64,000 bases of DNA from Myxococcota bacterium (lineage in GTDB: Bacteria > Myxococcota_A > SURF-8 > G963663525): assembly GCA_963676915.2 (NCBI GenBank), contig CAXXVK010000019.1, positions 26,433 through 90,432 of the forward strand, written 5' to 3'. The position numbers were made by a program, and so were the translations under genes. Position 1 is the stretch's first letter, and the number at the start of each line of letters is the position of its first letter. Under the pieces are notes generated by a model. The model was not told the DNA's origin, searched no databases, and worked only from the letters and a program-made list of their open reading frames with translations. This document shows, in pieces, positions 40,755 through 51,716 of the stretch.

Positions 40755-41792
40755 TCATACATCGAGACATTGGCCGATCACTTCAGCCGCTCGGTGGATG
40801 TCGTTTTCATCGATGCCGGAGTGGGTGACGAAACGCAGCAAGCCGTCTTCTGGCGGATAGGTTCTCACACCGAGGTCAGCCAGTTTTTCGACGAAAGCGT
40901 TTTCATCGATATCGTTTTTCGTGATGCGCACGAACAGGATATTGATTTGCGGTTCCGCCAACGCTTCCAATCCATCGATTTCGGAGAGCAGGTTTCCCAG
41001 TAGACGGGCGTTGGCGTGATCCTCGGCAAGCCGTTCTCTCATTTCATGGAGCGCTATTAGAGCAGCGGCTCCCAAAAAACCGGCTTGCCGCATACCACCA
41101 CCCATGATCTTGCGGTTTTGCCGTGCACGGTCGATGAACTCCGCATCTCCAGCCAGCACCGAACCCACCGGGGCGCACAGTCCTTTCGAAAGACAGAAGC
41201 AGACTGAATCGCAGCAGGCGGCCAGTTCGGAGATGTCGGTTTCCAGCGCCAATGCGGCATTGAACAGTCGTGCGCCGTCGATATGGACCGGAATCCCGCA
41301 GGACTGCGCCATATCGTAAACATCCTGTAGCGTTTCGAGCGGAATCACGTCACCCATGGCGGTAGCCTGTTCGAGGCAGATCAACCCAGTGTCCGGGTAA
41401 TGGATATCGTCGGCCAGTCGTAGACGTGGGCCGATGTCGTCGCAGGTCAGGTATTTTCCATTGGACGGCGCGATGGTGCGAAGCTGAGCGCGGGACAATA
41501 ACGCGGCGGCTCCCGCTTCATGCTGCACGATGTGGGCGTCCTCACACAACACGACCTCGTTTCCCGAGCGCGTATGAGTGAGGATCGAGCATTGATTGGC
41601 AAAGGTTCCCGAGGGTACGAACAGCGCTTTTTCCTTGCCGAGCAGGTCAGCCGAAACACGTTCCAATTCGTTGAGGGTAGGATCTTCGCCGTTTACATCG
41701 TCACCGACTTTGCAAGTCAACATGGCCTGACGCATGGCTTCGGTGGGTTGGGTAACGGTATCGGACCGAAGATCGATGACGGTTGAATTCAT
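40755..41792 (-). CDS. ltaE: Low-specificity L-threonine aldolase
   Basis: DLRSDTVT, GDDV.GEDPT, HIDGARLFNA, CLSKGLCAPVGS, GGGMRQAG. Confidence 0.95.
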   Translation of the reverse strand: MNSTVIDLRSDTVTQPTEAMRQAMLTCKVGDDVNGEDPTLNELERVSADLLGKEKALFVPSGTFANQCSILTHTRSGNEVVLCEDAHIVQHEAGAAALLSRAQLRTIAPSNGKYLTCDDIGPRLRLADDIHYPDTGLICLEQATAMGDVIPLETLQDVYDMAQSCGIPVHIDGARLFNAALALETDISELAACCDSVCFCLSKGLCAPVGSVLAGDAEFIDRARQNRKIMGGGMRQAGFLGAAALIALHEMRERLAEDHANARLLGNLLSEIDGLEALAEPQINILFVRITKNDIDENAFVEKLADLGVRTYPPEDGLLRFVTHSGIDENDIHRAAEVIGQCLDV

Positions 41793-41829
41793 GAGAAACC
41801 TCGTTGAATGTGAATTCGGAAAAAGTTCG

Positions 41830-42663
41830 TTAGCTTTCCAGAGTTCGTGCCATGTCCACGTATTCGTCGATGCTCAACTGTTCGGCGCGTTGTTGCAACT
41901 GTTCGGCGTGTCGATCCCTCAATTTCGACCATTCTTCGTCGGATAATCGGAAAAAAGGCTGTTTTGCCAGTGAATTGGCCACTTTTTTGCGCCTCTGATG
42001 AAACGCCGCTTTGACCAGCAGAATGAAACGTTTTTCGTCGGGTACGGAATGTCGATGCTGGAAACGTACTGAAATCAAAGAGGATTCCACTCTCGGAACG
42101 GGAGTGAACGCACCCCGTTTGACATCGAACAGCTTATGAACCTCGGCCACGCGTCCCAAAAGCACGGTCAATAGCGAATACTGCTTGGTACCGATTCGTC
42201 CGGCCAGCATTTCGGCAACTTCTTTTTGCAGAAGAAAACAGGCCGAGTCGAAACAGTGGCTGGATTCGATGATCTTGAACATCAACGGAGAGGAAATGGA
42301 ATAGGGCAGATTGCCTACCAGCTTGTAGGGGGCACCATGCTTTTCATACAGCTTGCGGTAATCGAAACGCAAAGCATCTTCGTGAATGATTTCAACCTGT
42401 TGTGGGTTGTCGAAAAGCACGGTGAGGTGTTCGGCCAATGCGTCGTCATATTCGATGGCCACGATTTTGCGTCCCGCGTCGGCGATTTTCGAGGTGACGG
42501 CTCCCAAGCCTGGGCCGATCTCGACAACCAGACGATCCTTTTCGGTCAAGCCCATGCCGCGCACGATTTTATCCTGGCTGCCCGGATCGGTGAGAAAATT
42601 CTGTCCCAGGGACTTTTTGGGGACGACGCCGAAACGACGCATCAACTCGCGCTGGCTTGCCAT
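41830..42663 (-). CDS. rsmA: 16S rRNA m6,2A dimethyltransferase
   Basis: KKSLGQNFL, EIGPGLG, VGNLPYSIS, F.P.PRVES, AF.QRRK; start ATG 42663 overlaps the tsaD stop. Confidence 0.95.
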   Translation of the reverse strand: MASQRELMRRFGVVPKKSLGQNFLTDPGSQDKIVRGMGLTEKDRLVVEIGPGLGAVTSKIADAGRKIVAIEYDDALAEHLTVLFDNPQQVEIIHEDALRFDYRKLYEKHGAPYKLVGNLPYSISSPLMFKIIESSHCFDSACFLLQKEVAEMLAGRIGTKQYSLLTVLLGRVAEVHKLFDVKRGAFTPVPRVESSLISVRFQHRHSVPDEKRFILLVKAAFHQRRKKVANSLAKQPFFRLSDEEWSKLRDRHAEQLQQRAEQLSIDEYVDMARTLES

Positions 42664-43667
42664 CAGAATTGAGCCTGTCCGGCTCGGGCATCCAAGGTGA
42701 GGTCGGAGCGTTCCCCGGCCATCAGACGATGCCAGCCAACACAAGCGATCATTGCGGCGTTGTCCGTGCACAGATCAAGGGGTGGAATCGTCAGTGCTAA
42801 GCCGTGGCGTTTGCAATACGTGGCAGCTTCTTGCCGAAGTTTTGCATTGGCGGCGACTCCACCGGAAATCACCAGCCGAGAATAACCTGTTTTCGCCAGA
42901 GCTTTTCCGGCTTTGAGCACCAGAACCTCCGCAACGGCCTGCTGAAACGAGGCAGCAAGGTCGGATAAATCGTAATCGGGTTGTTCCTCGACGATTCGCC
43001 GCACGGCTGTTTTCAGACCGGAAAAGGAGAAGTCGAGGTTGTTTTTTTTCAACATGGCGCGGGGAAGGGCGTAACGTTCCGGGTCGCCGCCTTCCGCTTG
43101 ATCCTGCAAGGCTTTTCCTCCCGGATAGCCCAAGCCGGTCAGCTTGGCGGTTTTGTCGAAAGCTTCTCCGGCGGCATCATCACGGGTCTGACCCAACAGA
43201 TGGTATTCCAAAGGACCGCGTGCATCATACAGCGCCGTATGTCCGCCAGAAACCACCAGTCCGACATGTGGATACTCACAAGGAGGTTCGCACAGGCGTC
43301 CGGCGATCAGATGACCATGAAGGTGGTTGACACCGATGAGTGGCTTGTTGGTGGCAAAAGCGATGGCTTTGGCTACGCTCATGCCGACCAGCAAAGCTCC
43401 GATCAGACCGGGAGCGCGGGTTACGGCGATGCCGTCGATATCGTCAAGCGTCAATCCTGCATTTTCCAACGCGCCGTCGATCAACGGAAAAATCTCGTTC
43501 AGATGCAGCCGAGAAGCGATTTCCGGAACGATTCCACCGTATTTCGCGTGTTCCTTGACCTGGCTCCAGATCAGACTTGACCGGATCGTACAGCCATCCT
43601 CGACCACCGACACAGCGGTTTCGTCGCAGCTCGATTCGATTCCCATCACATAACGGAACGAGGTCAT
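42663..43667 (-). CDS. tsaD: tRNA N6-adenosine threonylcarbamoyltransferase
   Basis: GIESSCDET, GGIVPEIASRLH, NHLHGH, VSGGHT, DDAAGEAFDK, FSFSGLKT, CTDNAAMI. Confidence 0.97.
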   Translation of the reverse strand: MTSFRYVMGIESSCDETAVSVVEDGCTIRSSLIWSQVKEHAKYGGIVPEIASRLHLNEIFPLIDGALENAGLTLDDIDGIAVTRAPGLIGALLVGMSVAKAIAFATNKPLIGVNHLHGHLIAGRLCEPPCEYPHVGLVVSGGHTALYDARGPLEYHLLGQTRDDAAGEAFDKTAKLTGLGYPGGKALQDQAEGGDPERYALPRAMLKKNNLDFSFSGLKTAVRRIVEEQPDYDLSDLAASFQQAVAEVLVLKAGKALAKTGYSRLVISGGVAANAKLRQEAATYCKRHGLALTIPPLDLCTDNAAMIACVGWHRLMAGERSDLTLDARAGQAQF

Positions 43668-43709
43668 CGTCGCTCTCTCCCCAATCGCTTTATCAACCAG
43701 TAGCCTTCC

Positions 43710-45092
43710 TTAGAACTTCGCGTTTCCGGGGGTTCTCGGGAAAGGTAGTACGTCTCGGATGTTGCTCATACCGGTGAGGAACATCAACAGCCGTTCGAAT
43801 CCCAGGCCGAAGCCGGAATGCGGCGCGCTGCCGTACCGTCGGAGGTCGGTGTACCAGAAGTAATCCTCCTTGGAAATTCCCAACTCTTCCATACGTTTGA
43901 ACAAGATATCCTGACGTTCTTCGCGCTGGCTGCCGCCGATGATTTCACCGATACGAGGGAACAGGCAATCCATAGCGCGGACGGTTTTTCCGTCGTCGTT
44001 AACGCGCATGTAAAACGGCTTGATTGAGCTTGGATAATCTGTAACGAAGACCGGACGCTTGAAGTGTTCCTCACTCAACCAGCGTTCGTGTTCCGTTTGT
44101 AAATCGGTTCCCCAACTTACCGGATACTCGAAGGTTTTTCCACTGTTGACCAGTAGGTCGATAGCCTCGGTATACGTGATATGAACGAAATCGGCTTCCA
44201 GCACCTGCCGTATTTCGTCTTTAAGTCCTTTATGCACGAATTTGTTCAGGAATTCGATGTCGTCGGCGCAATAGTCCGCCACATCGCGGATGACGAATTT
44301 CAGCATTTCCTCGGCCAGGCGGCGGTTGTCGTCGAGGTCGTAAAATGCCATTTCCGGTTCGATCATCCAGAATTCGGCAACGTGACGAGGCGTGTTGGAG
44401 TTTTCCGCTCGGAAGGTCGGTCCGAACGTATAAACGTTGCGAAAAGCCATGGCGAAAACTTCGGCTTCCAATTGCCCGCTGACGGTCAGACCGGCACGCT
44501 CTCCGAAGAAATCCTTCGAATAATCCACGGAGCCGTCATCTTTTTTCGGCGGGTCGGCAATGTCGAAGGTTGTCAGAGTGAACATTTCACCCGCGCCCTC
44601 GCAATCGGACGTGGTGATGATCGGGCTATGAACCCACAAAAAACCACGTTCCTGGAAAAAGCGATGAATCGCGTAGCTTGTCCGGTTGCGAATGCGAAAA
44701 GCCGCACCGAAAGCGTTTCCACGAACACGCAAATGGGCAATGGAACGCAGAAACTCGAAGCTATGGCGCTTTTTCTGGAACGGATAGCTGCTATCGGCGT
44801 CACCGATGATTTCCAGCGAATCGGCCTTGATTTCCCACTTCTGGCCTTTACCGGGAGATTCGATAAGGTTTCCTGTTGCTTTGATGCAAGCTCCCGTATT
44901 GACTTTGATTTCGGGTTTTCCGTCCGAATTTTCGTATACGACTTGTAGGGTATCAAAGCAGGTTCCATCCGAGATGGCCACGAAAGTCAGGCCGGGGCTT
45001 GTCCTCGCCGTGCGGACCCATCCGCAAACCGTGATGTTTTGCTTTTCGGCTGTAGAGGACAGCAATTCCTTAATCGTTTCTCCCTGTAGCAT
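43710..45092 (-). CDS. asnS: Asparagine--tRNA ligase
   Basis: [58 protein letters not shown]; start ATG 45092. Confidence 0.97.
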   Translation of the reverse strand: MLQGETIKELLSSTAEKQNITVCGWVRTARTSPGLTFVAISDGTCFDTLQVVYENSDGKPEIKVNTGACIKATGNLIESPGKGQKWEIKADSLEIIGDADSSYPFQKKRHSFEFLRSIAHLRVRGNAFGAAFRIRNRTSYAIHRFFQERGFLWVHSPIITTSDCEGAGEMFTLTTFDIADPPKKDDGSVDYSKDFFGERAGLTVSGQLEAEVFAMAFRNVYTFGPTFRAENSNTPRHVAEFWMIEPEMAFYDLDDNRRLAEEMLKFVIRDVADYCADDIEFLNKFVHKGLKDEIRQVLEADFVHITYTEAIDLLVNSGKTFEYPVSWGTDLQTEHERWLSEEHFKRPVFVTDYPSSIKPFYMRVNDDGKTVRAMDCLFPRIGEIIGGSQREERQDILFKRMEELGISKEDYFWYTDLRRYGSAPHSGFGLGFERLLMFLTGMSNIRDVLPFPRTPGNAKF

Positions 45093-45384
45093 GTTCCGGT
45101 TCTCCTTACTGTTCAAAAACGCTGCCGAAAGAGGGACACTTCCACGAATCGGCAACGTAGAAGTCTTCTCTATATCCGTCAAAGCGGTCCGAGAGTCAAG
45201 TCCGTGCAAATCCTTTGCAAAAGTTTCCCTTTCAAGCTAAGGTGATTTGGCTGGGAGGGCTTCGTTCTCGCGGATTGTCGGGCGGATGAAAGTCTTTCGT
45301 CATTTACTAAAATGACTTGAAACTATCTCGGGACGAAGTGTAACCGGAAAAACGACGTAATTTCAGGAGAATAAAGAGTCTATC

Positions 45385-48300
45385 ATGGGTAAATGCAGGT
45401 ATCGAGCACTGGGTTTGTTGCTGATTTGCGGGCTATGGATCGTCGGTTGTACGTCGAAGCTTGGGGAAACCGAGCCGAATGATGCAGATAATGATTTTCC
45501 CGTTCAAACCGATTCGGACGATCCTGCTGAAAGCGTAGATACCGAAGAGACGGACGATGATGGCGTTGTCGTGTGCGCGGATGAAGAAGTTCCTCAGGAT
45601 CTTTGTCCTGCTTCGTCTCCCTGTGCGACTTATGAGCCAAGGCAATCGGACGCTCCCGACTGTCGCTGGACCTGTGCGACGACTCCGTTGGAAGATGGAG
45701 AAACCTGCGAAATCGCCGGATTTGCCGGGCATTGCGAGTCGGGTCTGTGTCTTCCCGACAATCCCGGTGATCAGGAACCGGAAATCGCACAATGCGATCC
45801 CGGCGACGGTATCTCCTGCCCGCCGAACTCCGATTGTACGTTGTATGTTCCCCAACAAACGGGTTATCCCGATTGTACATGGTTCTGTGCCGCTTCGTTG
45901 CGCAATGATGGAACCCTTTGCAGTATCGCCGGAAGTGCGGGCTCCTGCCTGAACGGTTTTTGCGAACGCTTTGCCACTCCCGACCTGGACGAACAAGTCG
46001 AAGTAGACGGCGATGAGGAAACGCCTGATCTGGATGAAGAGGAACAAACCGACGCCAGCGACGAGGTTGCGGAAGAAGAAGAAACCTTCGTGTGGCAGCC
46101 GCATTTCGCGGACCTGCCAACGGCTATTCCCGATGCCGATCCCTATGGAATCACTGCTGTTTTGACCAGCACGGACGCCGGTACGGCGGATACTGCCTGC
46201 ATCGATCTCGTGGTGGAACATGAGTTCTTCGGAGATTTGGAAATCTGGCTGCGTTCGGCGGATGGCAACGATTACACGTTGTTGGCTCAAGGGGAAGCCG
46301 ATAGTGGCCGATACTATCTCGAATTTTCCACCCCTGAAACCCGTGCCGGGTCGTGGTGGGTAACCGTTATCGATCATGGCGAAACCGAAGTCGGAACCTT
46401 CCAAAGCGCATCGATCGAGTTCGATTGTCTGCCACCCGTGGATGGCGACGAAGACGAGCAGGAAGAAGCGGATGACATCGATAACGCAGATGTCGAAGAA
46501 GAAGCGGAAGTTGAAGAGATTCCGGGAGATCCCGAAAGCACATGGTTGGTGTTGACCAAAAATTCCACAGGCACCATTGGATCTGCTACGCGCATGTTCT
46601 GGGATGGCGAATCCTATTACACCGACCAGGATCTTTTGGAAGTCAACGCCCAGACCCGCGCCGTGCATGCTCACGGATATATCTGGCTTCTGGAAGATCG
46701 CAACACAACCTCGATTCGTATCCTCAAAGGTGAGGATCTGAGCGAAGTTACTTCCTACGAGGTCGGAGAAGCCGCCGACGAATTCGGCGATCTCCTGATT
46801 TTGAGTTCCGAAAAAGCGTATCTGACCTTGAAAAACTCAACGGATCTGCTGGTGATTCAACCCTGGACGGGTCGCATAAGGAACCGCATCGACCTTAGTG
46901 AATTCGCCGATGATGACGGTGTTCCCGAAGCAGGGACCATTTACCAACTTTACGGTAGTGAAGTGGCGATTGCGTTGCGCAACCTCGGTTCCGATCGCAA
47001 ACCTACCGGTTCCAGTCGCCTCGTGTACATCAATCCACTCACAGATGAACTCAAAGACAAAAGCTATACGGAATCGGGCGTTCAAGGCGTCGATCTGGGA
47101 AGTCAAAATCCCGTGACGAAGATGTGGTTCGATTCCGCACGACAGGACATGTACCTTGGAACGCAGGGTATCTCGAACACCATCGATCACGGCGGTCTGG
47201 AAGTTATCGACCACACCAGCCGACGCAGCATGGGAATGGTGTTGAGCGAACTTCAAATGAATGCCGAAGTGATGGAATTTGTCGCTTTCACGCGAAATAG
47301 CGCATTTTTGCGTGTTGTTGAACCGATTTCGAAACTTACCACAGTACTTCACGTCGATCTTGAAAACGGTACGGTTCTGCGCTCGTTGATTTCCGCCACA
47401 TCGCAGCGTTTGGGAGCGATTACTCTAGGTAGCGATAATCATTTGTACGTTTGCGACCGACAGAGCAGTGGTTTCGACGCAGTGAGGATTTTCGACGCCG
47501 CGACCGGTCAACCGGCTTGGCTGTATGGAATTCCAACCGGAGAGTATCCACCCGCAGAACTGGTTCAGTATGACGAAGAAGCCGACTGGGAGCCGGATTT
47601 CAGCGATTGTTATGCCAACGAGCTTCGTTGCCACAACGATGGTATCGAGGAATGCCTGTCCGGCCAATGGGTGGTTTTGACGGATTGCACCGAGAGTCGG
47701 GAAATCTGTGTGGAAGATCCGGAGCCTGAGTGCCGCTGCATTGAGGAAGAAACCCGTTGCGGTCCTGGAGAATGGATTCTCGGCTGCCAGAACGGATCGT
47801 GGAGCACTCTTGAGCTTTGCACGAATTACGACCAAGTGTGCATGGATGACGATGGTGACGCAACCTGTGTCGATTGTCACCCCGGAGAGATGCGCTGCGA
47901 CGAAAACACGGTGCAGGACTGCATCGACGGGTGGTGGATCGAAGGCGTGGTTTGCGAAGGTAACGAGCCGGTTTGCCGCGAACGTGGCGAGTTGGCCGAA
48001 TGCGTTTGTGAGTCCGAGGACAAGCATTGCCTTGCCAACGTACTGGAAACCTGTGATGAGGGTGACTGGCGTTTGATCGATTGCGAAGTAAACGGCGAAA
48101 TCTGTATCGAAGCCGAAGGCGAAGAAGCACGATGCGCCTGTTCTCCTGAAACCGCTCGTTGTTATGAAAATCAAGTTCAATACTGTTCCAATGAGAACGA
48201 ATGGCAACTCGTCGAAGATTGCACGAGCGAGCAGGAAATCTGCCTGGATGGCGACAACGGACCGGTCTGTGGATGTATAGACGGACAAAAACGTTGCGTC

Positions 48301-51300
48301 GGTGAGACGGTGGAAATCTGCAACGAAGGTGTCTGGGAATTGAGTCAGGATTGCGAATCCGACGACCGAATCTGCTTTGCCGGTTCCGAAGAGGTGCTTT
48401 GCGTGGTTTGCGTTCCCGGTGCGGTGCGCTGTGACGAAAACGATGTCTCCGTTTGCGATGGCGAAGGCTGGAACGTCACGAAATCTTGCGAAGATGAAGA
48501 CGCCGTATGCGTGGAGCAGGAAGGCGATGCTCTGTGTCTGTGTGAAGCCGAGTCCTTGCGATGCAGCGAGAACGGAGACGTCTTGCAGCGTTGCGACGAA
48601 AACCGCCAATGGACGGATTTCGAAGACTGCGACGAGGCGAGCGAGTCCTGCGAGGTCGTCGAAGATGTTCCCCAATGCACCTGTGAAGAGGGAGACAAAC
48701 GCTGCTTCGAGGATCGGGGCGAGGTTTGCGGAGAAGACGGAACGTGGAGTGTCGAAGTCGACTGTGCTGCCGAAACGGAAATCTGCATGATGATTGTCGG
48801 CGAGCCGCGTTGCCTGTGTGAACGCAACACACGGCGTTGCAATGAAGGAAAAATCGAGTCCTGCAATTCGGCTTTACGTTGGGTGGAAGAAGAAGACTGC
48901 ACGGCAGCGAGCGAAACCTGCGAAGTTTTCGAAGACGAACCCTCCTGTTTGTGCGTGGAGCAAACCTACCGATGCAATGCCGATCGAATCGAAATCTGTG
49001 GCGTGGAACGAACCTGGGAGACTGATACCGATTGCACCGAGGGTCGGGAGCTTTGCGACGCGTCGGGCGAACTTCCGATGTGCTACTGCCAACCCGAACA
49101 AACCCGTTGTCAGGGAACGAAAATTGCCACTTGCAGCGAAGAAAACGTTTGGGAGGAGGGCGAGGATTGCTCTGACCAATCGTTGGCCTGTGACGACCAC
49201 GGCGAAGCGGCGGTTTGCGCTGTTTGCGCCGAGGGAGCCACCCGCTGCGCAGGCGATGGCCTGGAAATCTGCCAGGGAGAAGAATGGGTCGCTTCGACGG
49301 ATTGTACGGAAACCTCGGAAGTCTGTGTCGAAGACGAGAACGGCGGTCAATGTCAATGCGCCGAGGGAGCCGTTCGTTGTAACGGAAATGCGGTAGAAAC
49401 GTGCAGCGATCAAAGAGAGTGGACGGTTTCCGATGACTGCGCTCCCGCTGGCGAGCATTGCGCGGTTGTCGAAGATGTCCCGGTTTGTCGCTGTACTCCC
49501 GAAGAGCGCCGTTGCCAGGGCGATGGCCTGGAAGTCTGTTCCGAAATCTACGTCTGGGAAGCCTTGCTCGATTGCACGGACAGCCGTCAGGTCTGCGAAA
49601 CTACGGAAGAGGGAGCGCGTTGCATGTGCCAGACGGGCGTTGTCCGCTGCGATCACGATATCGTACAGACCTGCGATGAAAACCGCGAATGGCAGTCGGA
49701 CGAGTTCTGTTCCAACAAAGGTGAAATCTGCCGTTATGTGGAAGATGTGCCTCAGTGCGATTGCGAACCGGATGCGACCCGATGCACCGAAGATACCGTC
49801 GAACGCTGCGATGCCGAAAGAGTCTGGCAGGCCGAAACCGATTGCTCCGAAAGCGGCGATGTCTGCGAAGAGGGCGATACGGGCGCGGTTTGCGTATGTC
49901 GTGAAGGCGAAAGCCGCTGCGACGGAGAAACGATTCAGACCTGTATCGATTCCCAGTGGCGCGATGCAACCTTGTGTGAAAATCTAAACAAACTCTGCGA
50001 CGACTCCGACAACGAGGTTCGTTGTGTGGCATGTATCGAAAACAGCACCCGCTGTGTCGAAGAGAAGGTGGAAATCTGTGTCAGCGAACGATGGTTGGAA
50101 AACGAAGACTGTTTCGACAGTAGCGAAGTTTGTGTTGTCGAAGAAGCCGCTGCCCGTTGTGCCTGTGTAGCCGGAACCTCTCGTTGTTTCGAAAATGCGT
50201 TGCAAAGCTGTAGCGCCGAACGGGAATGGCAGGTCGAGAACGATTGCGGCGAGAACACCGAAGTCTGCACGGTTCTTGATGACACACCGCAATGCCGCTG
50301 TGTGGCCGATACAAGCCGCTGTTCCGAGGACGACACCATCGAATTCTGCAACGCTGAGCGCGTATGGACGACCGTAGCCGACTGTACCGAAGCCTCGGAA
50401 ACCTGTCAGATTATGGCGGGAGCGCCAACCTGCATTTGTGCACGCGATGCCGTTCGTTGCAATGGCGACATTCTGGAAGCTTGCAACACCGACAGAGAAT
50501 GGCAGACCGAGCAGGATTGTACCGAAAATCGGATGAGCTGCATTCAGGATGACGAAGGCGCTGTCTGTCTATGCACCGAAGGTGAAACCCGCTGCAACGG
50601 AGCTTTGGTGGAAGTCTGCAATGCCGAAGGTGCCTGGGAAGAGCAAACCGATTGTTCGGATACGACAGAAGTTTGTTTCGAAGGCGAAGGAGTCGATGCT
50701 ACTTGCCAATGTGAAGCGGATGCCGTTCGTTGCTTCGAGGATCGTGTGGAAACCTGCTCGGCGGAACATCAGTGGACCACAACGACAGACTGCTCGGAAG
50801 CAAACGAAGTTTGCGAGTTGCTGGACGATGCGCCTACCTGTCGTTGCGAAACCGATGCTTTGCGCTGCAATGGAGAGGTTTTGGAGGTCTGTGACGCGGA
50901 ACGCACTTGGCAGACAAGCCAGGATTGCGAAGCCGATAACCTGACCTGCGTTGACGATCAAGAACCAGCCGCCTGCCTGTGTATCACTGGTGAGCAACGC
51001 TGCAATGGGGACGTGATCCAGGAGTGCAACGCGTCTCACAGTTGGGTTGCGGATGTCTTTTGTCCCGCTGCGAGAGAAACCTGTGTGGTTGTGGATGATA
51101 CTCCGATGTGTCGTTGCGAAGAAAACGTCCAGCGCTGCCGACAGGATCGGGTGCAGGTCTGCGATGCGGAAGGAAGTTGGGTGGATTCTCAGGATTGTAC
51201 TCTTGTCTCGGAAATCTGTGAGGAATTGCCCGAAACGCTGGCCGAATGTCAATGTGTAACCGATACATTCCGATGTGGCGACAGTGAGACCCAGCGTTGC

Positions 51301-51669
51301 AATGAAAACCAGAGTTGGGTGACGGATTCGGTTTGTGACTCCGACCGCGAAGTCTGCAAGATCGGTGAAATTGGCGCTTATTGCGCTTGTACTCCCGAAA
51401 ACCAGAAATGTATGGGCAATGCCGTATACCTCTGCGACGCAAACGGTGCATGGCAGATCGAACAAAACTGCTCCGAGGGCGGAACCGTCTGCTCCGAGGA
51501 TGGTGCTACCGCTTCCTGTGGTTGTATGGAAAACGATTTGCGATGCAACGATGCTTCGCAGGTGGAAATCTGCAATGGCAACGCATGGACACTTCGTAAA
51601 GATTGCCCGGCATCCGGTGAGATCTGCCTGGACGACGGTCAAGGCGTTCATTGTGGTTTGGGGGACTGA
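45385..51669 (+). CDS. Giant secreted/lipoprotein: Cys-rich N-terminal repeats, proprotein-convertase P-like domain, beta-propeller and 30 six-Cys repeats
   Basis: Lipobox IVGC; AIPDADP.G...VEHEFFGDLEIWL...GSWWVTVID; KAYLT...IDLSEFADDDGVPE; tandem CxxxxxRC..C..W..DC..C..C repeats. Confidence 0.85.
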   Translation: MGKCRYRALGLLLICGLWIVGCTSKLGETEPNDADNDFPVQTDSDDPAESVDTEETDDDGVVVCADEEVPQDLCPASSPCATYEPRQSDAPDCRWTCATTPLEDGETCEIAGFAGHCESGLCLPDNPGDQEPEIAQCDPGDGISCPPNSDCTLYVPQQTGYPDCTWFCAASLRNDGTLCSIAGSAGSCLNGFCERFATPDLDEQVEVDGDEETPDLDEEEQTDASDEVAEEEETFVWQPHFADLPTAIPDADPYGITAVLTSTDAGTADTACIDLVVEHEFFGDLEIWLRSADGNDYTLLAQGEADSGRYYLEFSTPETRAGSWWVTVIDHGETEVGTFQSASIEFDCLPPVDGDEDEQEEADDIDNADVEEEAEVEEIPGDPESTWLVLTKNSTGTIGSATRMFWDGESYYTDQDLLEVNAQTRAVHAHGYIWLLEDRNTTSIRILKGEDLSEVTSYEVGEAADEFGDLLILSSEKAYLTLKNSTDLLVIQPWTGRIRNRIDLSEFADDDGVPEAGTIYQLYGSEVAIALRNLGSDRKPTGSSRLVYINPLTDELKDKSYTESGVQGVDLGSQNPVTKMWFDSARQDMYLGTQGISNTIDHGGLEVIDHTSRRSMGMVLSELQMNAEVMEFVAFTRNSAFLRVVEPISKLTTVLHVDLENGTVLRSLISATSQRLGAITLGSDNHLYVCDRQSSGFDAVRIFDAATGQPAWLYGIPTGEYPPAELVQYDEEADWEPDFSDCYANELRCHNDGIEECLSGQWVVLTDCTESREICVEDPEPECRCIEEETRCGPGEWILGCQNGSWSTLELCTNYDQVCMDDDGDATCVDCHPGEMRCDENTVQDCIDGWWIEGVVCEGNEPVCRERGELAECVCESEDKHCLANVLETCDEGDWRLIDCEVNGEICIEAEGEEARCACSPETARCYENQVQYCSNENEWQLVEDCTSEQEICLDGDNGPVCGCIDGQKRCVGETVEICNEGVWELSQDCESDDRICFAGSEEVLCVVCVPGAVRCDENDVSVCDGEGWNVTKSCEDEDAVCVEQEGDALCLCEAESLRCSENGDVLQRCDENRQWTDFEDCDEASESCEVVEDVPQCTCEEGDKRCFEDRGEVCGEDGTWSVEVDCAAETEICMMIVGEPRCLCERNTRRCNEGKIESCNSALRWVEEEDCTAASETCEVFEDEPSCLCVEQTYRCNADRIEICGVERTWETDTDCTEGRELCDASGELPMCYCQPEQTRCQGTKIATCSEENVWEEGEDCSDQSLACDDHGEAAVCAVCAEGATRCAGDGLEICQGEEWVASTDCTETSEVCVEDENGGQCQCAEGAVRCNGNAVETCSDQREWTVSDDCAPAGEHCAVVEDVPVCRCTPEERRCQGDGLEVCSEIYVWEALLDCTDSRQVCETTEEGARCMCQTGVVRCDHDIVQTCDENREWQSDEFCSNKGEICRYVEDVPQCDCEPDATRCTEDTVERCDAERVWQAETDCSESGDVCEEGDTGAVCVCREGESRCDGETIQTCIDSQWRDATLCENLNKLCDDSDNEVRCVACIENSTRCVEEKVEICVSERWLENEDCFDSSEVCVVEEAAARCACVAGTSRCFENALQSCSAEREWQVENDCGENTEVCTVLDDTPQCRCVADTSRCSEDDTIEFCNAERVWTTVADCTEASETCQIMAGAPTCICARDAVRCNGDILEACNTDREWQTEQDCTENRMSCIQDDEGAVCLCTEGETRCNGALVEVCNAEGAWEEQTDCSDTTEVCFEGEGVDATCQCEADAVRCFEDRVETCSAEHQWTTTTDCSEANEVCELLDDAPTCRCETDALRCNGEVLEVCDAERTWQTSQDCEADNLTCVDDQEPAACLCITGEQRCNGDVIQECNASHSWVADVFCPAARETCVVVDDTPMCRCEENVQRCRQDRVQVCDAEGSWVDSQDCTLVSEICEELPETLAECQCVTDTFRCGDSETQRCNENQSWVTDSVCDSDREVCKIGEIGAYCACTPENQKCMGNAVYLCDANGAWQIEQNCSEGGTVCSEDGATASCGCMENDLRCNDASQVEICNGNAWTLRKDCPASGEICLDDGQGVHCGLGD
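47608..51657 (+). repeat. 30 tandem ~44-47-aa six-cysteine repeats within the giant protein
   Basis: Counted by eye from CYANELRC... to CMENDLRC...VHCG; repeats are diverged at the nucleotide level. Confidence 0.9.
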
Positions 51670-51716
51670 GAGGCGAAACCGGTACAGGTACTTACTCGTA
51701 AAACAGATAAACGATC

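Noticed and set aside
45433-51651. Long antisense and alternate-frame ORFs (e.g. 413, 416 and 360 aa) within the giant Cys-rich gene
   Set aside because: Shadow ORFs caused by codon bias; no recognisable motifs. The same applies to antisense ORFs over hemB, the kinase, DUF1329 and the phosphatase.
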